A stretch of DNA of 64,000 nucleotides, from contig NC_045727.1 of the NCBI RefSeq assembly GCF_009834535.1, positions 10,292,001 to 10,356,000 on the forward strand, read 5' to 3'. This DNA is from Camelus ferus. Its lineage: Eukaryota. How positions within the stretch are numbered: the first letter of the stretch is position 1; each line of letters begins with the position of its first letter. The position numbers and the translations under genes were made by a program. The notes below the pieces were generated by a model, which did no database searches, was not told where the DNA came from, and was given only the letters and a program-made list of their open reading frames with translations. Shown in pieces: positions 56,101 to 64,000 of this stretch.

Positions 56101-59100
56101 TGGGGACCAGACCCTCCCCTCCTGCTCAGCTGGAGTGGCCTCTGGCCATGGCTTGGAAAGGAAAGGCTGTCTCCTTCGGCCCAGCCAGCTGCTCCTGTGA
56201 GCTCTTCCCGAGGGCTCAGGAGGACTTACAGGAGTGAAGAGGCTCATTGATGCCACACCTGCGGGACCCAGGACTGCTTGTGGGGCAGAAGCCACGCCCC
56301 TGGCTGAGCACTTCTGTGCCTCAGCTCTGATGGCAGAGGTGTTCAGGTCATTACAGGAGGGCTGGAAAGTTGCTCCTGAAGCTGTTGCTTAGCCAACATG
56401 AACAGCACATTTAGTACACAATTCGGAAATCTGAACAAATGTTAAAGAAAAGCACCACAATCCCACCACCTAAGAAAAGCCACGGTTAATATGTTGGAAT
56501 TTTTCCTGTGTGTCCTTCTGGTCCACCTTCCATGTGAGGATGGTGCGTGTGGTCTCCTGGTCTCTACGACGGCCTGCAGGCTGCTGCTGTCACTAGTTAT
56601 ACCCTAGGGTGGGTCCTGCGTGGCAGCTGTGCGGTGTTCCCCCTGGGCACAGACCGTCCCTTGCCTAGTCAGCCCTGTTCTCCAGCGGGGCACCCCGCAA
56701 TCACAGTCTGTCTGTCTGTCTGCTGTGTGGTGCTGGGGTTCTGGGGCGCCCTCCTGACCCCCCTTTCACGCAGGTACATCGGGCCCAGCACCGTGCTCGG
56801 CTCCAGCGGCGAGCTGGCCAACGTGGAGCAGTGGCGATGTGTGTCCATCCTGCGGAGCCACTCAGGGGGTGAGTGGGCGGTCCAGGGGTGGGCGGCCCCA
56901 GGGCTGCCTGGGTCCTGAGAACAGCCCTGAGTTTGGGCCACCCTCCCCATCACCATCGGTCAGACCTTGCCATCCCTCGAAGTCCGTGTAGTCACCGTCC
57001 CCACTCCTGCCTTCATGGGGTGTATGTTTGTATCTTTAATGTAGAACTCCCCACGTTCCGCTGTTTATCCTGGTGAACTGAGTCACTACCTCCATCAGTG
57101 GATCACTCAGTCCGTAAGCGCACTTTATTTATTCCACAGAAACCCGCACACTGGGGCCACCAGAAGGCTTTTTACCTGACTTTTCATGTGTATGCAGAGT
57201 GTTTGAAGTAGATTTGGTGTGGAAGGAGACAGTTGTTCACACAGGACTGAAGCTGATAGCGCTCAGTTAGATGCCAGGGCTGCCTCAGAAAGACCACGGT
57301 CCAGCCAGGAGTGGCCAGAAGGGTTTGCCAGGCAGGGCAGCGGAGGCCGGAGAGGCTTGGTGTCAGAGCAGGTTGGCGGCATCAACACTGCTGGGTCTTG
57401 CCATGTGACGTGCAAGACAGCGAACATGGGGCCAGGGTGGGGAAGGCTTGAGCTGCTGGTTCACGAGGGTGTTCTTCATCTGGGAAGAGGCAGGAGGTGG
57501 AAGCGGGGCATCTGCTGGCAGTGCAGCAGGGGAAGCAGTTTCAGTGGTTCGGACGAAAGCTGCAAGGGCCCAAGCCGGGCCTTTGACAGCTGGGGCGGGA
57601 GACTGGGGCTTCGTAGGGCAGAGCGGGTGCCACCCTGCAGAGCTGGTGGTACAGACATGTGGCTTACCCTTACCTGCCCACAGGGCTCATAGTGGGGTCC
57701 TAGGTGAGCCTCCCTGGAGTGCGGACAAGGGTCTGTGAGGTCATCCAAGCGTAGGGCGGGGCTCCCGTGAGGATGCTCCTAGGGCCTCTCACCTGAGACC
57801 CTGGCTGAGCCATGACCTCGAACCTCTCCTGAGCTACCCCTGGGCTCCTCTCCAAGGCAGTGGGGCTGCCCACCTTCAGCAGGTACCTGTCACTCCTTTG
57901 CGTGGTCCTGGTAGCAGGTGGTCCTGGTAGCAGGTGTGGGCAGAACGATTTAAGAAGGAAAAAAAAAATCAGTGAAAAAGCAGAAATACATGAATAGAAA
58001 GCATTGGTCTTTGAAAGTTAAGTGTGAAAAACATATACTTCGCACATTTAATCGGGATGGGGAAAAAAACTCATAGAAAAAATTAGAAATAAAAGGTCTT
58101 AAAAAATACTTAACCCACAGGGAAAAAAGACAACAAAGAGAGCACAATGTGATGTTTATAGTATTGGACTGAAAAACCAAACAAAATACTAAGAGGAATG
58201 GAGTTTTCTAAAAAATACTTGTTTTCAAAATGGATACAGTAGGGTTAGGAAAATCTGAACAAAGTAGAAACTATTGAAGAAGCTGGAAGTTACCTTCAGA
58301 AATGGCTCCTGATCCTGAGTTATTTGTCGATGTGTTGTTTCAAACAATTAAGAAAAACTGTCCTGGAACATAGAAATATTTATTCTTCAAAGGAAGCTAT
58401 TACCCTGCATTTCCAAAACCTAATAAACAATAGTGAGACAAAAGCATAGACAAATACGAATAAAGCTAGAGAAATCACAAACAGAATACTTGTGAATTTA
58501 GGAGCATTTGAAAGCAGTCACTGAATGTGATTTACAATGGGAGAATTCTGTGTAAAGTTCTCTTTTAACTGTCTTAACACACCAGGAGGTTAAGTGAGAG
58601 ACGCCAGAGTTATCCTGGGAGGTGTTCTGAAAGGAGTATTAGATCATTCAGCATCAATTCCCAATACAAATGCTTTTTTAAAATGGCTGTAGAAAGCTGG
58701 TTCCTTCACGTCATAAGAGTCAGCCTGGGGCAAGTGTTACAGCCCATGGCCTGTTCCCACTGACACAGAGCAGAGCCAGGTGTGGGCGCTAGCACTCCGT
58801 GTGTTACTCGGGAAGTTCTGCAGTCCAGCTAAACAGAACCGGAAGAAGGAGACAGACTGCAGAATAACCCCACCGTGAGATGGTGTGAGGATGGCGGCGT
58901 TGCACATCAGGGAAGCCCGAGGAGTGAAGCCCTTACAGCTTAGAAACCATCGAAAAGCACTTCGGGCTCATAAAGATGAGTCATGGAACTGGCCTCATCT
59001 AAGGAGATTTTTAATTGTCTTTCACTAGTAACAGCCAGTTGGATGGAGTAGCTGACGATAAAAAGAGACCCCTCACACAGTAGGATCAAAGATCGTAAAT

Positions 59101-62100
59101 ACTCAGGAATAATTTTCCCAAGAAATGTGTGAGAGGTCTGAGACTTAAGCCGCAAATCTTTTTTGAGAAATGAAATGACCACTTCATCAGTGGAAAGACT
59201 AAATACTTTTAAATAAAGATGTTATTTTTTCCCGAAGTAATATTTATTATTCATTTAACAAATAATTATTGAGTGCCTGGTATATTCCAGGTGCTGTTCC
59301 ACCCCCAGGGAGTTCACATTCTTGTGAGAGAGACAGTCAACAAGCCACGAAAGACCCTGGAAGATAAGTGCAGTTTTACTCAGATTCCAAGGAGGGTCTC
59401 ACTGAGAAGGTGGCTTCCTAGGGGAGACCACACGAAGGTGAGGGGACACCTGTGTGGGCATCCAGAGAGTTTTCCAGGCGGACGGAGCAACCAGGGTAAC
59501 AGCCCTGGGGTGTACACGCGTGCTTGGTGGGTTGAGGGACGACTCCGGACTGTGGCCTTAGCGGTGGAAGGGGTGTGGGTGCCGTCCTGCGAGGCGGGGT
59601 GTGGCCTCACGGAGGGGCTGCTGGGTGAGTGGGCCAGCAGCTGGGCATTTGGGTATGTGGGCGCTGAGTCAGGGGAGAAGTGTGGGTGGGAGCAGAGGCC
59701 TAGGGTGGACCCCGGGTCAGAAGAGAGCAAACTGCAGGTATTTGTTGCTTTGAGGCCAGGACTGAGCACTGGGCTTGATGGCCGCCAGCCAGCAGATGTA
59801 GCTCATGCCCGTGCTATCAGGTGAAGGCCTGTGTGGAGGGGCCAGGGGAGACCAGGTGAGGTGGGGCTAGGCGGAGGCAGCTGGTCTTGTCAGGGTCCTG
59901 TGAGGACAGGAGGGTGATGGGGAGGCCCACAGTGGGTGGTGGACGCCCAGCCCCAAGCGGCGTCATCAGTGGAGAGGCTGCTGCACCCAGAAGACCTGTC
60001 AGAGAGTGGGCCAGAGCCACCGAGCTGGTGGGGGGTGTGGGACGCGGAAATGAGGCCAGGCCGGGTCACGGTGACCTTTCAGGGATGGTCTCTGGGCATG
60101 ACCGGGGGAACGAGTAGCCGAGGCCATGGAAGCCAAGGTCATGGGAGCTGGTGGAGGAGGTCAGGGTGTTAGAAGGCCATCTGCTTGGACTCACCCAGAA
60201 TGGTAGTGGAGAGTTGGCAGGAACGTCAGTGACCAGAAACGTAAATTGAGTGCAGGGAGGGTCCAGGTGTGTGCAGAGCCATGGTGAGAAGAGGGCTGGG
60301 GTGGTCTGAAGACAGACGCTCCAAACCTGGGGTTCAGGAGGAAGTCGTGTCACGTGAGTGGGTCTGCCGCATGACTCAGCACGACTCCAGAGGGCGTCTG
60401 GAAGAATGAGCAGGGACCTGGAAGAACTTCAGTGCTGGGCAGAGGCAACCACATTGAAGTAGGCTTCAGTGCACCTGAGCACCTGGCGTGTCGTGATGGC
60501 CACACTGATGGTCGGTGATGTCGGGAGAGGGTCGCTCCCCGCGTGAGGTAGCAAGCATCTCTTGGTGTGTGTGAGAAGACAGTGACCTCGAGCCTCAGCT
60601 GAAGACAGCACAGTGGACTCTAGACATTAGAGAAGCGTTCTAAGTCTCACCTGGAGGCCTTCCTTTCTGGAGGCACCGCAGAGCAGGACCGCAGGGAGAT
60701 GCCGCGGGGTGCGCATCTGCCCTCCCAGCTCTCAGGCCTCCCTTTGTGGACGCTGCATTTGCGTCAGAGCCGCTGGCACAGAAGACCTCCCAGCGGAGGG
60801 TAGGAGCAGGGGTTGTCCACAGAGACGACCTCAGACACAGAAGTGAAAAGTCTGCACTTCTGCAAGTTAAAGTAAAATTTAAAATATAAAAGTGTGCTTA
60901 ATAAGTGAGAAGGGGAAATCAGAATCCTCCAGCTAATAAGGGAGGTTTGAAACGGACGTTCTGCTGATGACAGCGGGAGGTCACAGGGTCTTGGTGAAGC
61001 CATCTGTGGCATTGAGAGGAGCTAGACTCAGGAGCCAGAAGCTGATCCAGTGCTCCACCCCGATTCCTGCTGTGGGTGATTGGCCTCAGAGAGGACTCCA
61101 GGGTGCGCTCCTAGTCTAAGGCCCCAGGCCCAGCCCTCTGCAGAGCCAGGCCAGGTGTGGAGGCGGGCCCTGATCCCCGGACATGGTGCGCAGTCAGAGC
61201 CTGCGTGACGGGCTGTCGCCAGGCTGCCTCCGAAGATGTAAAGTCCTCTGAGAGAAGGACTAGCCAGCTCCTGACTCACTGCTGGGCATTCCCTCACCAC
61301 CCCGCCATCCCCCGCGCCCGGCGAGGTGGGCACAGCTGGCCTGTGTCACCGCCCTGCTGTGTATTGCCGTGTCTTTGTCTCATCCTCAGGGTAACCCTTA
61401 GGGGCTGGTGGTTTCTGTTCCATGTTTTGCAGACTTAAAAGCGAGTCAGACAGGAGCGCAATGAGTCGTGTGGGGGGCCACAGGGATGGAGTCTCGGGGA
61501 CTGGGCCACAGGGGGGCGGGTCCCTCTTGAAGCAGGCCGGGCTGCTGAGCTCTGACATGTGCCAGGTGTCCTGCCAGGTGCCCGACGCCCCCTGGGGACA
61601 TCCCGGTTGGGAGCGGAGAAGCCAGCTTAGCGGTTCAGGGCTGAAGACCTGGTGGGTGTGGGTGGGCTCCCACAGCGGGCGGAGGCCGCGGGGTGCTGTA
61701 GGTTCTGTGGCCAGAGGAAGAACCTGGGGGGAAGTTTCTCAGGTTGGCCCAGTGAGGATGGGCCCAGGTTGGGTCTCCTCAGGAGTGAGAAGCCGCGAGC
61801 TACTGAGCCCGCTGGTGGACAGGGTGGTCCCCAGGGCCCCTTCCTGAGTCTGTGGGCCCGATAAGAGACTCACTGCCAGCCCTTGTCTTCCAGACGTGAT
61901 GGATGTAGCGTGGTCGCCTCATGACGCCTGGCTGGCCTCGTGCAGCGTGGACAACACCGTCGTCATCTGGAATGCTGTCAAGTTCCCAGGTCTGGCCTCC
62001 TCTGACTGGCGGCCTGTCCGCAGCACTGCCTGCGGTGTCTGGAGTGAAGGGGGCTCCACCTCTGTCTGCCAGTAGCAGCAGAGTCTCACAGTCACTTGGT

Positions 62101-63147
62101 TCTAATTTATCAGTTACATTCAAGGTTTAAAAAGAGGTTGATGTTACAGGGAAACAGTAACTGACTGCCTGCACGGACCTGCCACAGGGCAGGGGGTTCC
62201 TGCCCAGTCCCTGTGTGGCTCACCGGCACCCACCCTCCCACCCCTGGGCTCGGTGCAGCCCTTGAGTGGATACAGGATAACAAATTTCAGTTTCACAAAG
62301 ACTGATATTTCTATCGATGTGTTCGGTCACTGCAGATGGCATAACCAGGATAGCACTGCAGTTCGTAGCCAGTGGGATGCCTTGTGTCCCTGGTTGGTGT
62401 CTAGAGTGTGTTCCCAGGGGCTTAGGCCCTAGTCACTTTCTCTGCAAGCCCACTGCTTGTGGGGGCTCAGCCCAGGACAGAGGCTGGAGTAGCATTCAGA
62501 TCACGGCGCTGAGCCTGCCTGTCTCCCACACCTTCGATCTCAGTGATGAGGACCAGGGGACTCACTCAGTATAGGCCCATCCCCAGCCGTCAGGCCTGCT
62601 GCTTATCGGGGGAGCTGCTGGGGAGCTCCCATCAGCAGTGCTCAGATGGGCACAGGCCCTGCACAGAAGAGGAGAGCCCCGGCGGGACTGCCAGCTGCGG
62701 ACAAGATGGGCACATCTCTGCCCAGCCCCAACCCGGCCCTGGTTGTCCGCCCTCTGGGGGCACATGAGGCCTCAGCCTACAAGCGTGAGCTGTGTCTGAA
62801 GGGACGTCTATGGTGCCCGCCTCCTGGATGGGAGTCAGACTAGGGGGCGCTCCTGCCAGTGCCCAGGGGCGGGGACCTGCCGAAGTCCCTTCTCTGGACT
62901 GGCCATTCCCCGGCCCAGGTTTCTGTAGAGAATCATCGTTTTCCCTTTGGTAACGCCTTTCCAACCTTTTATTTTTTTCCTCACAGAAATTCTAGCTACT
63001 CTGAGAGGTCATTCTGGCTTGGTGAAGGGGTTGACTTGGGACCCTGTCGGTAAATACATCGCCTCCCAAGCTGATGACCGCAGCCTGAAGGTGTGGAGGA
63101 CATTGGACTGGCAGCTGGAGACCAGCATCACCAAGCCTTTCGACGAG
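41108..63147 (+). CDS. HIRA: HIRA (histone H3.3 chaperone, WD40 N-terminus), 5'-part: join(41108..41144,52908..52970,[exon 3 in gap 54213..54352],[exon 4 in gap 55463..55642],56774..56868,61894..61989,62987..63147); continues beyond right edge
   Basis: [33 protein letters not shown]...YIGPSTV...[86 protein letters not shown]. Confidence 0.96.
43344..43389. repeat. Perfect 23 bp tandem duplication ctggagagggcaagttgaaagcc x2
   Basis: Read directly. Confidence 0.9.
43475..43687 (-). mobile_element. MER20 (hAT-Charlie) DNA transposon
   Basis: Termini cagggtttctc...tgagaatcactg; internal tgccagtagcacc, gttgtgacaa, gtctccaaatgttgcca. Confidence 0.8.
43740..43830 (+). mobile_element. MIR fragment
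   Basis: ggacttggaatcagactgact...agctgtaagtcttg. Confidence 0.45.
44647..44807 (+). mobile_element. MER20 DNA transposon (internally deleted)
   Basis: caggggtcctcagcc...tgtctggagatgttcttgg...ggtgctgctggtgtccagt...ctgagaaac. Confidence 0.75.
48421..48626 (-). mobile_element. L1MA-type 3' end of the kind common in laurasiatherians
   Basis: acaacattgtattagtttcaggtgtacaac...gagaacttttaagatttactctcttagcaac. Confidence 0.75.
49250..49470 (-). mobile_element. L2 3'-end fragment
   Basis: gtttactgagcgccaactgtgtgcccagccact motif. Confidence 0.55.
49790..50749 (-). mobile_element. L1MC-type (about 49790-50110) and L1MB-type (about 50201-50749) 3' ends
   Basis: cccagtttctcctggtggtcacattttg; acttaccatcttaacc...agtggaatcatgtagtat...gttgcttccacctcttagcta...gctgggtcataggtaattct. 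Confidence 0.8.
52908..52970 (+). CDS. HIRA: HIRA exon 2 (63 nt)
   Basis: [20 protein letters not shown]; AG/GTATGT. Confidence 0.96.
54213..54352. other. Assembly gap (140 N), probably containing HIRA exon 3
   Basis: N-run; left flank TTGTTTCTGCTCC resembles a polypyrimidine tract lacking only AG; exon 3 peptide not found elsewhere between exons 2 and 5. Confidence 0.7.
55463..55642. other. Assembly gap (180 N), probably containing HIRA exon 4
   Basis: N-run; exon 4 peptide (CVNCVRWSNSGMYLASGGDDKLIMVWK) not found elsewhere. Confidence 0.65.
56774..56868 (+). CDS. HIRA: HIRA exon 5 (95 nt)
   Basis: [31 protein letters not shown]; AG/GTGAGT. Confidence 0.94.
57902..57936. repeat. Perfect 16 bp tandem duplication gtggtcctggtagcag x2
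   Basis: Read directly. Confidence 0.9.
57950..58720 (+). mobile_element. Degraded L1M ORF2 remnant
   Basis: Strongly A-rich, L1 ORF2-like composition; no intact frame. Confidence 0.55.
59241..60420 (-). mobile_element. L2 3' region
   Basis: ttcatttaacaaataattattgagtgcctggtatattccaggtgctg followed by typical L2 G-rich body. Confidence 0.65.
61894..61989 (+). CDS. HIRA: HIRA exon 6 (96 nt)
   Basis: [31 protein letters not shown]; AG/GT. Confidence 0.95.
62987..63147 (+). CDS. HIRA: HIRA exon 7 (161 nt)
   Basis: [53 protein letters not shown]; AG/GTAACA. Confidence 0.96.
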
Positions 63148-64000
63148 GTAACAAGGCAACCCTCCTGGCCTCCTCATGCCAGGGCGGGGGCTGCTCAGGG
63201 TCCAGACCTTGGGGGAGCGCAGAGTCTGGGGCCCCAAGAGTCAGGTGATGGAAACCTTTCGCTTCTCACAAGCTGTTAAATGTTCACCTTTGAAGTGAAA
63301 AGGATTGTAGGTCTTAAAGCTGAAGTGTTTACATCGCACTGCCCCGCAGGGCGGGGGCACTGCAGGTGGACGAGGCTCTTGCGTCTTCCCCGAGTACTCT
63401 GGGCTGGGCTTGCTGCCCTCTGCTCCACAGGCTGGCCAGCTTCCTCGGGCAGACTTAGCAGTCTGGTTATCAGGATGTCTGGAGGTGGGACTGTGGTGGC
63501 TTGTATAGTATCTTACTGTCTCTTCCCTGACTTGAGTTCTGATTGCCTGTGGGATCATAGCTCAGGGTCGCTGTTATCCAGTAGATATCCTGTAAGTACC
63601 TCCTCTGCTGGGGCCATCCTGAGCACCGCAGATTCTTGCGGACTGGGATGGAGTTACCCAGAGTGTGCAGAAGTGGCTGGGAGGATGGTCTCTCAGGAAA
63701 GGCCCCTCAGAGGACGAGATGTGAGCACGAGATTTTGTAGGAAGGGTGGACCTGAGCACGGTGGCTTAGTCCTGCTCACCGTGGGCCTTGTGCGTCTCTG
63801 GGATGGGCCTGTGGGGCGCTGCACTCGGCCCCTGCCTTGCCCGGCCTTCTTCTAGGGATGTGCAGCCTAGATCTTAACTCCTGAGTCTCTAGGGCTGCCC
63901 TGCACCGACCCTGAGCTTCAAGGGGTGGCTTTAGCCACCATCATCTCACTTTGCAGGAGGAATAACATGAAAGGATCCCCTGCCTCTGCCCTCTGCCCTC

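Noticed and set aside
61990-61995. Weak donor GTCTGG after HIRA exon 6
   Set aside because: Still GT with a CAG exon end; not U12-like; exon length and phase fit the ortholog.

Overview
Mammalian genomic DNA, probably laurasiatherian, syntenic to human 22q11.2 (DiGeorge region) and read in the reverse orientation. It holds five spliced genes. CDC45 (- strand): coding exons 1-13, with the 3' end beyond the left edge. UFD1 (+): complete, 12 exons, 924 nt, 307 aa. C22orf39/PANTS (+): complete, 3 exons, 105 aa. MRPL40 (-): complete, 4 exons, 206 aa. HIRA (+): exons 1, 2, 5, 6 and 7 are visible; exons 3 and 4 most likely lie inside two N-gaps. CDC45/UFD1 and MRPL40/HIRA are head-to-head pairs on CpG-island bidirectional promoters. 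Introns contain only old repeats (L1M, L2, MIR, MLT1, MER20). Exon boundaries were derived by hand from splice signals, phase continuity and recalled human protein sequences; no database search was run. Almost all long ORFs in the supplied track are GC-rich noise. I found no clearly novel system. The most interesting observations are: a U12-type minor intron in each of the two divergent genes CDC45 and UFD1; two near-identical 5-codon uORFs (MARRR*/MARAR*) in the HIRA leader; a twin CX9C motif and an out-of-frame overlapping uORF in C22orf39; N-gaps where two HIRA exons should be; and a solo poly(A) insertion with a target-site duplication.
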